63,905 bases of DNA, filler included, from Choristocarpus tenellus KU-1152 (GCA_964200185.2; 12 parts of 12 records of this genome joined end to end with filler, not necessarily neighbours in it); one strand, 5' to 3'. Shown: positions 26,146-40,393, numbered from the whole stretch's first letter. A program made the numbers and translations. The notes: generated by a model from the letters alone, not told the origin.

Positions 26146-29100
26146 TATGTGTGTGTGTGTGTGTGTGTGTGTCTCTCTCTGTGTGTGTGTCTCTCTGTGT
26201 GTATGTCTGTGTGTGTGTGTGTGTGTGCATGTGTGCACTCGTGCATGTGTGTAGATGTTTGCATACTGCTCCTTACTGTCCCACCTCATGACAGAAAAAA
26301 TGGTGACTTGGATCCAATAGGGCTGAATCTTTATGAACAAGAGGAGCAGTGACGAACTTGCTCTCTCCCTCTTCTCTTCGTCTGCTTTCAGCAACGTTCT
26401 CACTGACAATAGTTGTTCCTCTGAGTATCCTTGACCAGGAAAAGAAGAGCACAGTGGAGCCTACATTGCGCATTGTTACCCTTGTTGTAGCCAAGTCGCC
26501 TCCTGCCTCGACCTTCATGAGCAGGAACTTTAGAGAGGTCACCTGAATTGCAGTATGATTAAGGAGGTAGTGATATGTTTTAGGAGACACCGATGGGGAG
26601 CACAGGACCACAAACATTGGGGGTATAATAATTTTTACGATCTGTGGAGTCTACGGACAATTTTGGACAGAGAGATCGGTATTCTCCAGTCCTGTGTGAT
26701 TTCGGCACCTCATACAGGGAAGTACATCCGAAATTTGTATCACGAGTCTAACATTGCCCCTTCATGAGAAAATCTGGAGGAATAAACTTCATCCAGAACA
26801 CCTCAATCGACCCCTAAAACCAAAAACAACTGCGAAATCGAAATCAAACCGTACAAAAATCGCCAAAAAAAAACAAAGTCTGATCACCAAAATTCCACAA
26901 TAACATACCAAGCAGAATGAAAAGACTTCTAAGCAACAAATGGACAACTAACATCTACTGCTGTATAACCAAGTCCACAGGCTATTGGCGTGTGAACTTG
27001 GAGTCATCTCCAGATAGCTGCAGGAAAATGAGAACTTGCAAGAGGCGCTTCCTCCTTGAGTCCAACAGCAACTGACCTGTGCCTTGATAAACAAATCATT
27101 CGCCACAGTACATACCACCCCTGATGCCGAACAATCCCCCTTCTTATTCAATTTGAGTGGACCCTCACTCTCACCGATATCACTGCATATCACACCCTGA
27201 ACACCACTCATATAGATTCCAAACCTGCCCCTATTGCAAGCGAAATTGAGCCCCACCTCCAAGACAGGACCAACTCTAGACTGCAGGGAACCTTGACAGC
27301 ATTGTTGCAGGGTTTCCTTCGTTGGTGCATTGATACCTTTTGCCTCTGAAATTACTTCTGCCTGTTGAGACGCTTTGAGCTCAGCCAGCTGAGTCTACGA
27401 GTCGTTTATCAGATGAGGGGAGTAGACGGAGAGGGGTGGAGTGGGGGGGAATTCTTGGCATTGCGAATCTGTTGGCTCAACTTTGCACCAAATACATCAA
27501 AAGGGTTAAGGAATGTGTATTTAAACAGTCCTTGCCACTTCTTGCATGCTTTTAGATGTTGTAAGTTGGGAGTGAAAATATCTTAGAGGGCACGAGTTTT
27601 ACCCTGTTAGTCCATTTGGGACTTGGCTTCCCATGGGTTCTTTTATTAAATTTTCCTATTACAAATGTTTCGGAGTGGGGAAAGTGTGTACTTTTTGAAA
27701 AGGTGTGTACTTTATGAAAAGGTGTGTCCAGAACATGGACATTGACACTTCCTGACAAACACAATAGCCAAAATCACATCAAAATCGCAACATTGGATTT
27801 TGGCTCCAAATGGACACGGCTCTACCCTCTAAAAGACACTTTGGCTCTTGGGTGACTTTATTCATTGTGTTCAAAGGGTCGTGCTCGAAAAGGAACTTTG
27901 TCCACATGTCTGTGTGAAATACCGCAATACATGCACCATTTTGCTAGAGTAGATCCTACAACATACTTTGTAGTAGTCGTAGCCAACCATGCCACTGAGT
28001 GGAAAGATCCACATGGTCTATTGTATGCTTGGAAGGATATTTCATCTATGATACTATGCTGAGCAATATTTCCACTGCATGTTTCCCTACATTCACCTCA
28101 CGCAGGAGCCTATCCTGTCTCTCAAAGAAGTCCTTGCTGGAGGAGACTGCCCACTCCAGCAAATCCTGCCCCTCAACAAGCAGCCCTACCAATAGTTTGC
28201 CAAGATAGGTTAGAGTGGGGCATATCTGTTGAGTAGATGTGGGGCTTGTGGTGCACTTGGCATGTGCTACTCGCATTTCACTGTTTGACACTGACAGCAC
28301 TGATGGAGATTGAGAAAGGATATGCCTCGTAGGTTTCTCATACCAAAAACATGCAAAGTAACAATGTGCATTTGTACACTCAATACACCTATCCTTTGTT
28401 GCAGCGTACCATACATACTCCTGTAAACAAAAAAAATATACAGAGATATGAACTATGTATCCAACCTGTAAACAAAAAAAAAATGTGCATTCAGTCAAAG
28501 CCTCTCTGAGTGGTGATAGCTATTCCCCAACACACTGCAAGCAAAAGGCGAGCAACATGAATCAATCTGTGGGAAGGAAGTGGGCATCATTGTCGAAGGA
28601 GAAAATCGTGTGAAAGGTAGCTCTCAGAACAATTGGAACTCATAGAACAACAGGGTTCTAAGAAGAAAATTCCATATCTTGTCATTTCTCAACGTAAGAA
28701 CTGACATACGCCTAACATGCACACAACTCAATATCTGTGGAGCAGTGGTTGAGAACAACTATTGTATTGATTTGGTAGGGGATAAATCCCCAGAAGCAAT
28801 GGTTGTAACCAAGAGAATATCCTATGTGTCACACCAAACCAATGGGATTCGTTCATCCTGCGAGGTCCATTTCAATCTTACTACTGTTATTATTACCCTT
28901 TATTAATATCATTATTGCTATTATTTTGCTTTGACAAATGAGCCACCAGCCTATATAGTGGATTTTAGCAGACACTTTTATGTGCGTCTGGGCAACCTAA
29001 TAATGCCTCTGCATGATGTTGTAGCTCAACTAGTGGTCTTCTCTGACCAACCATTCCCAAACCTTGGTCTTCAGTTCCCTTCCTCTCACCCTTTCTCACC

Positions 29101-32100
29101 ATTACTCCTAGTTCTGCCTGCATGCCAAAATCTCAACTTACATAGCGTGAATTAAGCACTCAGTCTCTTGAGCCTGATATCAAAAATGTCAAAATATGTT
29201 TCATAAATAGCCAAAGTATGTTAGAGGGTAGAGCGGTGTCCATCTTGGGGTCAAAATCCAATGTTGCAATTTTGATGTAATTTTGGCTATCATGTTTGTT
29301 AGTAAGTGTCAATATCCTTGTTCCAGACACATCTTTTCATAATGTATACATTTTACCTACTCCTAAACATTTTGGAGTAGGAAAATGTCATAAAAAACAA
29401 CATGGGAAGCCAAGCACCAAAGGGACAAACAGGGCAAAACTCGTACCCTCTCTTAATAAGATACTTTCACTCAAAGACGAATCGCCTAATAAATGAAATC
29501 TTCTAAGAGGAGGAAGGGGGGAAGTTGGCCTTTTTGAGTTTTGATGCATTTTTGAACCTTGTCCAACAAACACCATGCCTATGCCTGAAATGCAATAAAC
29601 CCCCCTTTGAAGGGTGTGGCTGGATAGGAAGATTAGCTACAAACATTGTGTAATCCAAAATCACTCTCCACAGTGCTCAATTCAACTCAACTATACAAGT
29701 CAGCCATAGCGGCCCATAAAACTCAACAACAACGCCCTCTTAGATGATATCAATCAATACCTAAATTTCCGCTCTTTCAGTCATAGAACACAAAAGCCTC
29801 TCACTGCTATCCTATTTTGCATCTGAATACACTCCACCCTAACAAGTTGTACAGAACCTCTAACATTCAGGCTTTGTTTTTGTTCAATCAACTAGTTCGG
29901 CAGTAGTATTGAGGGATCAATGCCAGCAACCAGAGATGACTTCAAATCAAAACTCTTTTTCTTTTTTCTTTTTTAGCCTGTCCTCGCCCGGCCCGGACCA
30001 AGTGAACACACCTCTCCTTAGCCCTGTTGGAGCACACCTAATCACCATCCTCACCCTTTGTATCACTGGGCTGTAGTGTCTGTGGGCGAAACGCTTGGAG
30101 GGTGCTAGCGAGCTGTCTCTTGCGCAGCTTGAGTGCATGACTGTCACGCCAGGTGCGTTTCCGGGTGGAGTCCATTGGACAGCCTGTCGGCGGACGAACC
30201 ACGCGTGGAAGGTCCACCTTGTCTCCAATCTCACAGAAGAGACCACTGAAGATATTTCCCACACTGCAGTGACGCTCTCCATAACCACGAAGAGACATCA
30301 TCCAATACCTGTCAGGCCCAAGTCAGATTGGGTGGGTTCAAACTACTCAGAAGTTAGATGAGACCTTACTCGGAGCACATGATGAGACAGTAAACATGCA
30401 TTATGGATGCTGTGGATAAAACGTGGAGTCAAGGCTGAAGCATGCTCTGCTGTGAGGGTATGTACTCCACAAGCCCAAAGCCAGGGGGCAAAGAAGTCTC
30501 TTTGTGCCATATCTAGGATACAATAGCGTGAAGTTATGAATAAATTGTAATCAAGGTGTGAAGTTTGGAAGGGAGACGTAGTGCGTAGACTTGTCGAGTA
30601 AAGAGGAGATCCAAGCTAATCTGCCAAAATTGTGAAATGACGCACCAGTTGACAGGTGGTTAGACACATAAAAGTGCTTTCCCCCTTTCACTGCCATTCA
30701 CCACCAATACTAAGCATTAACTTGAGGCTCAAAGCATCTGGTAGGGGGCGGTGGCTGTCCTTTTGGGACCAATTTTTTCATGTCGTGGTTTTTGGGTGAT
30801 TTGGTTGCATACGTCGGATGAATAATGTAAATGCACGTTTCCTGGATATAGCCAAAATGGACACCCTGGTGTAGACCCCCTCACCCCACCCAGATACTTT
30901 GGGTCAATAAATACTACATACTCAGGGTAGTGTAGTCATTCATATACTATAGTGTGGTGCTGTGCATGCCCCTTCAAGAGAAGTAGGTCTGGATTTGGAG
31001 TTTCACGCTTCTGGGATGCTGTGGTTCAGCTCATGGAACACTTCCTCAGCACCAACAGCGCATGAGTGCAACAAGCACAGGAAATCGCTTATAAAAAGGA
31101 TTGCACAAGAATTTGGGCTATACACAGAGGCAGATGAAAAACGAATTCCCACAATGATAAACTCACCCGTCGCAGCTGTACTTCTCATTGAGGGGGATGG
31201 CGTTCTGTATCAGTGTGTACTCCTCACTCCTCTCACGGTAATCACCAGCTGTCGACATTACAAGATCCTCCGATGCCTAAGGGGATCCAATGAGGACAGG
31301 GAGAGGGTTAGGGGTAGCTAAGATGGTTATGACTGAAACCATCTAAGAATGGGGGCGATTTTGACCCTTTTTGAGGTTTAAGGGTCATTTTGAACCTGGT
31401 ACAATATTCACCATGCCCATGCCTGAAATGAAACGCAGTAAGCCCCCCTAAGGAGGGCGCGTCAGTCCTGTAGAAAAGAAATTTTGGTGCAAACACATTT
31501 TTGGTCGAAAGACAACCCCCACGGTGCTCAAAACACAGGTACCACGAGGCAGTAGTCCTTTGATGCCCTTGAGCCAAAGTATCTTAGAGGGTAGGGCCGC
31601 ATTCATTTGGGGTCAAAATCCAATGTTGTGATTTGGATGTAATTTTGACTATCGTGTTTGTTAGGAAGTGTCAATATCCTTGTTCCATACACACCTTTTC
31701 ATAATGTATACATTTTACCTACTCCGAAAAACTTTGGGGTAGGAAAATACCATAAAAAAAACTCATGGGAAACCAAGCACCAAATGAACAAACAGGGCAA
31801 AACTCATACCCTCTAAGGTACTTTCACTCCTTAAAAACTCAACAAAGCACCTCTCTTAGATGGTATGAATCTATCATTTCTGTACTGTTCATATGTACTC
31901 ACAAGGAGAAAGTGAGGTGTGGTGGGCAAGGGTTAGGTTGTGTGTTTGAAGTGCTTGATACACGGAAAAAAGAAGACGAGAGATTCAAAGTATCTGGGAG
32001 GGGGGGGGGGAGGGGGGTCTGCACCAGGGCGTTCATTTGGACCATAACCAGGAAATGTGCACTTATATTATCCATCCGACGTATGCAGCCAAATCACACA

Positions 32101-35100
32101 AAAATCGCGACATAAAAAAATGCCCCCAAATGGACAGCTGCCGTCCCCCCCCCCCAGATATTTTGACCCAGATTCGTCATCAACCTCTAACAGCATAGCC
32201 ATGCCAAACGATTTGGCCTATTCATGTATTGTCCCTCTACCGACACAGCAAAAAAGATCCTCACTTTCTGATAACCCGATTGCAAATCACCCTGCTACTC
32301 TACCTTTCAAATCAAAAATAGGGGGTGATTTTCCCCCGAGGAGTCACCTTGGACATGCTATATTCTTGCAGTACACAAGAGACAAAATGGTTCAACGTTT
32401 CTGTTAGCAGATAGAGCCAGTTCATTCAACGCCAAAAAAATAGATATATCACGTCAAGCATTAAAGCATCAATTGCCGTATTACAGTGTACACTTGTTTG
32501 GCAGGCCTGTGTGAACATGAGCAAGCCAATGAAAGCAATATGTCTTAGACTGCAGGATGAATGGGGGTCAGGTTGCACAAGAGCTCACAAGAGCAGGGTG
32601 AACAGCTAGGGGGTCTCATGGCAGAGCTCCAGCACCTCTACCTTCAATGTTGACCGCTGCTATGCAGCAGCACACACTGCCCTCATAGCTCCAAATTGAA
32701 TTGAGTTGTACAGATAGTGGTGGAATATTCAACTTGACGAAGATCTTGCCCACACAGCTACAAATTAAAAAAAAGAAATTATACCAAATTGTAGAAAAAA
32801 AATATATAGGTAACAACATATTGCCCTTGCAAGTTCAACCCGAAATTTGTGAGTGCATGAAATAGAGCAATAACCCATTCGCCCACAGCCTCAAATATGC
32901 CCATTTGAACTGAATTGCTATTGAATTATGTTGAAGTACCAAAGAATAATTCCGTTATTTTTACCCAAATTTATCAACCTCAAAAAGGACATGGTGCAGA
33001 TGTTGAGGCATATTACATTACCCCCATAGCCCCAGGCCAATACAAGTTGGACCAAAAATCACATCAATGAAGATAAGTATATGCTTGTACACTGACCCCA
33101 TAACCCCCAAGCTTTCACCATCCACCTTGAATCGGAAATGTTCTGTGTAGTGTTATCAAAACATGTTGCTCTATGTTAATCCCACTTCAACCCAATTTCT
33201 TCGAGAAGGCTGGGTCAACAAGATATTACCCCCATAGCTCAAGACAAACCCAGGGAGGAAACAGGTATTTGACACTACTACTCTTGTGCCTTCTGAAAAA
33301 GACCTCAGTTGAATGTTCACCCCAATATTCCTGTTCGAAGTAAAAACTACTATACCAGCTTGATCAGCAAGACAGCAACGAACTGGAATAAAGCGTTGGC
33401 AGTATAATGTGTTTTCAATACATTAACATTTCCATCCCATTTTTCTGTCATACTTATCCTACCAATAACCTGAAGTTGGTCGTTTTCTGGCTGGTCACAG
33501 TCAATAGTCCATTGATATATTTGGGCTGGTCCTGATCCTGCTCTTTTTGCATAAATTGTACCTTTCCGGTTTTCTCGGACATGGCAGCCTTCACATGCGC
33601 CCAGTCCCTCTGGCGCCGCCTCCAATGACGCATTGCATTGGCCTCTCGCTGCATGGTGATCCTCTCTGTCAAACCTATCCGCTCAAGGAGGTTCTCCTCC
33701 TATTGCCATGATTTTATTGTTCATAAACATGGCAGAGGAGAATGCTGTTTGGGACAAGAATAGCTGGGGGGGAAATATGGCAATGCTCATTGGAGATGTT
33801 GTATCAACAATAGTTTCCCAGGACATACATTGACAGCCCTGCCATGTGTCCATGGAGTACCACAGACTTGAAACGAACTGCAGAAAAGACAGGATATACC
33901 AATCTAGTGCCAGTTCTTCTCAGGATAGACATCACAGTCAGGTGCATCCAGTCATCATCAACATCAGTAAGTGTTCCAAACACCCCTGGTCCATAATGAA
34001 ATTTATTTGGTTTGAAAGAAGAATCACCCCAAACCTGAAGTTCGTTCACCACAGTACACACAAACCTTTTGTAACTGTGTAGCCCGACTCCTACTCGCCC
34101 CCTTGGCCACCTGTGCAAGGTGATGAAGGTACTTCTCTCGCTGCCGCTTTGCATCACTTACGTCAGGAAACAGTGCTTCAGTGCTACTGCATTGAGTGTT
34201 GCCAAAGATATCGCATAATTGAGGTAGTTCTGGGTTGGCTGTGCAAAGGGGCATACTTATATGACAATTTCATGTGCGTTGCTGTGTTACAACTTTTTCC
34301 AAAAAGCGGTACTTTTTTTTTGGGTCGACCTAGTTTCAGAGGGTGTGCAGCATAGTCACTCCACAACAAAGGGCACGGATTGGTGTCTTTATTTGTTCGT
34401 GATCCATTCAGCTCACTCAACGTCAACTCCAGTCGTCACAATTCTGGCAACAAAGGCAAGGTACAAGATGAAGACTCTGCAAAATAAAAGGTGCAACCTT
34501 GGAAATATCAATGCGATTCCCAAGAGGTATTACTTCTCCTCCACAAGCAGGTAGGACCCTGCAGGTCCAGGTTCGCAGGAGGGTCAGTTTTGGCGAGCAT
34601 GGGCAATATCATCTTTACACGTCAATGCTCAATATCTTGAAGTGTCGGACTCAGTCGCCTTAGGAACAGTTTATCCTCTTGGGAATGTAATATGCGTTCA
34701 TACCTGAAACAAAGTTTATGGTTTATCTGACAGTGTTTACCTATATCAGCGGGTCGGCAGTGAAACGTCTGCGATTCAACCTACCTCCCAGACGAGTTCC
34801 TTGACCCATTGGTGACATCTGTATCATCAGTGTGGTGTGTGTTCTGTTGGCTCGGCACGTTGTGGCTACTACTGTGGCTTAGCAGAGGTATATACCTTTG
34901 ATCTGCCACAGAGTCATCCTCTTCAGCTGGAACACCTCTGGCCGGACCAAGTTGGGCATCGAGCTTGGATGATGACATATTACAACCAAGTCACCAAGAA
35001 TGTACCATTTGTTAACACGGTAAGCGAAAAGAAGAGGACACATAATATCAGATGGATAATCTCCTGGCAAGCTGTAAAGTGTTGATATCAAGTTGAGCTG

Positions 35101-35439
35101 GAGCAGATCAATCGCAGTACCCATAATGGATTGGCATCACACCTCATCAAATTCATTGGCAGTTCCGAGGATAGATCTCTCAATGATGTTGCCATGAGGA
35201 GTCCACTTGAGACACTCCTTGGGTCCAGAACCAAGGTGGGTTTGATCAAGCCCGGTATACCCACCGTCGAAGAGCTGGTCCTCACTTTTCCGTGGCCTCC
35301 GAGACACAAGCAAAGTTTTCCTCCTGGGTTGAATACTTTCCTTGGATCGCTTCACCACAACAATGGTCCTCTTTTTTTGTAACGAGGAGGAATTGCTTTC
35401 CACACCCCATGATATACTCGACTGTGCTATTACCGACAT
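24963..35439 (-). CDS. MYCBPAP: MYCBP-associated protein (flagellar; 3' incomplete). Exons 35439-35143, 34963-34786, 34156-34066, 33699-33562, 31276-31167, 30308-30055, 28185-28097, 27361-27257, 26542-26285, 25448-24963
   Basis: Ten phase-consistent GT-AG exons; family-like motifs GNIIERSILG, EANAMRHW...W, DLVM...R...EEY, WMMSLRG...VGNIFSGLFC, NVGSTVLFFSW, GTLLP...FSFKSEDPGMFSDRWRLETVP. Confidence 0.8.
26040..26252. repeat. (TG)n microsatellite, intronic
   Basis: About 200 bp of TG with sparse interruptions. Confidence 0.97.
27570..27847. mobile_element. MITE family A, 4-bp TSD TTGG (intronic)
   Basis: GAGTGAAAATATCTTAGAGGG ... CTTTGGCTC; TTGG at 27566-27569 and 27848-27851. Confidence 0.9.
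29208..29472. mobile_element. MITE family A (intronic), possible TSD AAA
   Basis: TAGCCAAAGTATGTTAGAGGGTA ... GATACTTTCACTC. Confidence 0.88.
30726..30905. mobile_element. MITE family B (intronic)
   Basis: GGCTCAAAGCATCTGG ... CCAGATACTTTGGGTC. Confidence 0.88.
31571..31829. mobile_element. MITE family A, 3-bp TSD CTT (intronic)
   Basis: GAGCCAAAGTATCTTAGAGGGTA ... TACCCTCTAAGGTACTTTCACTC; CTT on both flanks. Confidence 0.9.
31982..32169. mobile_element. MITE family B, 3-bp TSD AGA (intronic)
   Basis: GATTCAAAGTATCTGGG ... CCCAGATATTTTGACCC; AGA on both flanks. Confidence 0.88.
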
Positions 35440-35707
35440 ATTAAGAGCTCTGTGTTTAGAATGGTGTTGTGAGAGGCAATGTCCTACGATGTAACGTCAA
35501 GAAAACAAAATGTGTTTTCATTTCCTGTTCGTATCATACGACGTATAAACCAAGGACGGAGAAAGGTCAGAACACTGACTGAGACAGCGATTATTTAATA
35601 GTACAGATAGTTGCTTGAAAATGTTGTAAAATGAAAACAAGACTAGAGATGTTAGGTAGACGGTCATAAAGGGAGTAAGAAACATCACTAAAGGAATTAC
35701 AACAAAC

Positions 35708-35771
35708 GACCCAAAGTATCTGGGAGGGGGGGGGTGGCTACAGCAGGGGGTCCATTTGGACCAAAATCAGG
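35708..35771. mobile_element. MITE family B, cut by contig end
   Basis: GACCCAAAGTATCTGGGAGGGG terminus. Confidence 0.8.
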
Positions 35772-35871
35772 NNNNNNNNNNNNNNNNNNNNNNNNNNNNN
35801 NNNNNNNNNNNNNNNTTAATTAATTAANNNNNNNNNNNNNNNNNNNNNNNNNNNNNNNNNNNNNNNNNNNN
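35772..35871. other. Artificial contig linker
   Basis: N44-TTAATTAATTAA-N44. Confidence 0.97.
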
Positions 35872-35915
35872 GGGGCAGGAGATACAGTAGGATCACGTTT
35901 GCAGAACTCTCTCAC

Positions 35916-38900
35916 CTTGGGAGGGCGGTATTGATAGGCATAAACCCTGCCGGAGGCAGGGTGTATCCATCGATCTGTGAGGCGATCAATGATGGTCTGT
36001 CGAGGCACGTCGAGGTTCATGACCACATCAATAGCCAGGTGACCCTCTAGCGCCAAGGTCTGTGACTTTGATCTTTCAAAGTAACATCATGTCCACACAC
36101 ACAGAAAATAAAATAAAAAGAGTAACAGTAACGGTAGATCAATAGCGGTGTGGTTCGTTATAGGAGAACAAAAAGAGACAATGAAAGCAATGTCGTAAAA
36201 GGTGAGGGACAGATACACACAATTGAAAAGGTACAGCAGGAGCGACTGGAAAGGGAGGATTGGCTAGGAGTTGGGGAGAACAACCAGCCATGTCCCTACT
36301 TTGGTGTTGGATGCGATATTTCACTACAACTTGTAACTAAAAAGCCAAGGACTTCCTTCTAAGGCACAACAGTTCCGAGCACGGTTCTGAGAAAAATCTC
36401 AACTATGTTTCATTACAGGGAAAGTTATCTGAGGTCTAAGAAGGTCAGCTGTATTCCGGCACCCCTCCCTCCCCCAAAATACTCAATCCTACCTCCAATC
36501 TGGCAATGGACAAGACCAAAATGATCAAACATTGTGCTCCTAAAGCAGACCTTCACATAGGCACCTTCACTAAGCTCCTTCGCATCTGTACGCCTTGACA
36601 GCAGCGCAAGGTGTACATACCTTTCACTTCCTCACACACGATAGAGAGTCTCTGGTAACAACCAGCCCACTCACCTTGTTGGAGAGATAAATGAAATAAA
36701 AGATGTTCTGGACCACTTATACATACACATCTATATACATTTCAAATCCTCACAATATAAGTACTGCTACACCCCAACCCTCCTCTCACAAAACCGCACC
36801 GAGGAAAGCCATCCAGCAACGCATGCCTGCCAACTTCTGCTCGCTGAATAGCCCCCAGGAGAACCTTCACCATCACATCATCTGGCACAAGCTCACCCTT
36901 GTCCATGAAACTGTGAAAAGAAAATGAAACAAAAAGGTGTACCTGTATGAGGCAAAGTAGGCAGAGTATTCTAAATTTTTGGTCACTTCCAGTACTAACC
37001 TCTTCAGTTTTCAAGTAACATAAAAAAGAGCTCAGTCAAAATGGGATAATGTCACTTCCAAGCTACTCAGGACATGTGTGTGAGTGTTTAGTGCAAATAT
37101 TCTGGAAGTCAAGACGTAGACCTTCCAGGTCAATAGATGTAGTAGTGTTGTACACCCAAGTATTTCAGTAGTCATGTCAGATGAAGTGTATTCATTTCAG
37201 TAGTATTTTTGTGTTAAAGTATCCCCCAAATCATCAAAGAGGATAAAGGTGATAAATCCAGCAAGATTGCTTGGTGCCCGTAGAGCGATTGATTAAAGTT
37301 AGGTGGGGCATGCAATACCCAATAAAATCAGAAACATTTCCTTCCATATGAGAAAAATTCTCATACAACTAGTCACTAGTAAAAGGTTCTGATAACTCAA
37401 CCACTAATTGATTGTTCCGTTACTCCATACATATTTTACCGTAACTGTCCGATAGAGTTGGAAGATTCTAATCGAACGACGGTGTCCATTCAGATTGTCA
37501 CTCAGATTGTCATTCAGATTGCCTTGTTCATGGCTGGTTAAGTACAAACTCACCTCTTGACACACAACACTGAAATTAGAGGCAAAAAAAAAAGCTCTGC
37601 AGTACTATTACTAGCCATGATTGATGAACATTCAAGTGCCCACCAGATCAGTAGGGTTTCAATATGTATTTAAATATAACTCACTACCTCATCAATATGT
37701 ATTTCGATAATCAAGTATTTTGGCAGACACGACTCTATGCTGAACATTACTGGCATCCATAGTAGTGTGCGGGGGTTTTGATGTGGAAGTGGATCACATC
37801 CACACCAGCCGCAACAATAGTTTTGAATCGTTCCCTTTCGTGGTGGAAGAAAAATGGAATTGTTGCACAAAGTTGCACACCCGTATGTACAGCTCGAAAA
37901 CACTGGAAACATTATCCAAAAAACACGGTTAACTATTGACATACTTTCAGCGTACAATACCTATACCTAAATGTGTCATAACATCTCAGGGTAGTGCAGC
38001 TGTTCATCACAAAGTTGTGCCCTGGTGATCGTAGTTCAAGGTGTGCTAACCTGAGGCTACACATCTCACAATTCCATAGCAAAACCATTTCTACATCATC
38101 TTCGCGTCCTTATTCGCTTATGCTGTGTCATTGCCGTTAAGTTACTGACTGGTGCCAACAATTAGGGGAGTCAAGAGATAAATCCTATGCTACTATACCT
38201 ATCGGAGGTACAGGTTCACTGAGTTTCGTCAATGTTCCGCACCATTTTCGCTAAACACTAGCACAGATGCAGAAGGGGCTTTCACGGCCTTGCTTCTGTG
38301 GGACGCACCCCTTTCAGTGATTTTTCCGCAGCACTTCGAAAGCAGATGTACAGCAATTTCCAACAACAGAGCAAATGTCGAACACTGGCAGCGCTCCGGA
38401 CTCCCTTGGTCATTCTGTCTGGAAGACTGCGAATGAAATCAAGGATTGAGAGCTCCACATGTTTCAAGCATCTGGACTACCACTGCACAGCACAGAGTTG
38501 ACTCCTCCCCACAAAGGCAAAGGCCGATCAAGCCTCTACCACCCAGACCACACACCTCTTGGCCGCCCGCCCCACTTCTGTACCGTCCCGGATCTCAGAT
38601 CGGAGCAGATCGCCCGTGCTGATGTGGTTGAAGGGGAAGTCCTCAACAATTTTGTTTGATATCGTACCCTTGCCGCTGCCTGGGTTTTGGCACAAAGGCA
38701 TTCCTTGTCATAAATATACTGCGCTTTGAGTACCATGCATCAATCAGGAACAGACTAGTGGCTGGTAGAAGCTAGGTAAGGTGTAGGCGTTGCCTTTTCA
38801 CCTCGCCAAATCCTTTACTTCCTTGACAGGAAAAGTCGTGTATTCAAATCACACACGCGATTCAAGGCAGCTAATACTGGAAATGAGAGAAAGCACCAAA

Positions 38901-39073
38901 GCGAATAAATAACCTATGAAGGAGCGAAAAATATCTCAAATGCATCACAGGTGGGAGGGGAACGCGAAATTGTTTCTACTTCACTTTCCCTTCACACCTG
39001 GTGCACCCATAATGAGCGCTGAGATGGGTCTTGACTGGTTAAACCCTACCCTTCTCCTCACCACATTCAGCAT
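35916..39073 (-). CDS. AK3: Adenylate kinase, AK3-type GTP:AMP phosphotransferase (3' incomplete). Exons 39073-38998, 38679-38556, 36910-36800, 36072-35916
   Basis: Spliced product has P-loop [32 protein letters not shown] and AK3-like [14 protein letters not shown]; all phases match. Confidence 0.92.
37212..37477. repeat. Dispersed ~250-bp repeat, copy 1 (AK intron)
   Basis: High identity to 43648-43891. Confidence 0.9.
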
Positions 39074-39689
39074 CCGACATCTTCCACCATCAACTACCGA
39101 CCCCATCGAGCGGAAAACGGGAGACATGAGCCGCTCTCTCCTTCAACTGATCTCAAGTTGTTGTAGGGTTCGATGACCTCGAGGGCCGGTGCAATAGGTT
39201 GACCAATAGAATAGCACTGTCATAGGGCAAAGAATCGTGATAGGCTTACAAGGACCTGCTTCGCCAACGAAAAAACGTCAGCTTATGGAATAGTAATGTT
39301 GAAGACTAACTCCACCACCACTACTACTACAAATATACTTGAAATCTCTAAATTCAAAACAAAACGAGAAATAGGTAGGTCGAAATTACAAAATAAATCT
39401 CACATACTGGAATAAAGGAAAATAAAACAATCCAATTCTTGTTTTACCAACGATTATCGTACTATTTTACTACTACTAGTACCGCTCTAATTATATTTCC
39501 AGATATAAGATACACAACTGGTATGTGGGATTAGCCTTACACCCAACGATCCAATTAGACGAAACTTGTGCAAGGGGCAAAAGCAATCCGTGCAATACCA
39601 AACAAGGAATAGGAATAAAACGATTTTCAAGCATTATGTACAAATTCTAAAACTTGGCTTCAACAAGAACAATAATATTATTAACCTTC

Positions 39690-39900
39690 AGGGTTTTCAC
39701 AAAATTGTGTTGGCTGTGTTGAACAATTGATAAGGTACAAGCAAATTTGGATGGACACAGCCATTAAGGTGCTATACAAGAAGAAGGACCGGACGGGCTG
39801 CGGTAACTACAAAGAAAGGTATCCAATTGGTAACACACGCTAGACAAGGAATTCTCAAGGTTTCTCCGCAACAACTGGGAGCTCACCTGGAACAACAGGA
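39690..39900 (+). mobile_element. RTE-clade LINE fragment (RT N-terminus)
   Basis: WMDTAIKVLYKKKDRTGCGNY followed by frameshifted I.LV.HA...ILK. Confidence 0.75.
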
Positions 39901-40238
39901 CAACACATGAGGGAATTATAATACTGTTAATAGTAACAAGTGAACAACTCTCGTCATCATCAAAGAAGGGGACTCAAGCAAGGCATACATTTTTAAACCT
40001 CGGAAAATATGATGCTCAACGTTAGTGTTACCCTAGAACATTCAGCCATACCTTGGCCTTTAACAAACTTTATCCGTTACGACATTAGTATCGTTTCCTC
40101 TGTATGAAACACTCATTTTTCAGACAATGTTTGTGAGACGGTTACTTGGTAGCGTTTGTTGTCAATATTACACCAGAGTCTTTTTGTTGTGTGAGCTATG
40201 TTGTCTAGCACCAGCCTTACACGTTTTATCCGTCATAA

Positions 40239-40293
40239 GGTTCAAAATATCTGGGGGGGGGGGTGCCCGCTGTCCATTTGGGGCCAGTTTTTT
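40239..40293. mobile_element. MITE family B, cut by contig end
   Basis: GGTTCAAAATATCTGGGGG terminus; another B terminus sits at 40394-40417. Confidence 0.8.
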
Positions 40294-40393
40294 NNNNNNN
40301 NNNNNNNNNNNNNNNNNNNNNNNNNNNNNNNNNNNNNTTAATTAATTAANNNNNNNNNNNNNNNNNNNNNNNNNNNNNNNNNNNNNNNNNNNN
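40294..40393. other. Artificial contig linker
   Basis: N44-TTAATTAATTAA-N44. Confidence 0.97.

Noticed and set aside
25945-26409. Six overlapping HT/CV-repeat ORFs
   Set aside because: Translations of an intronic (TG)n microsatellite
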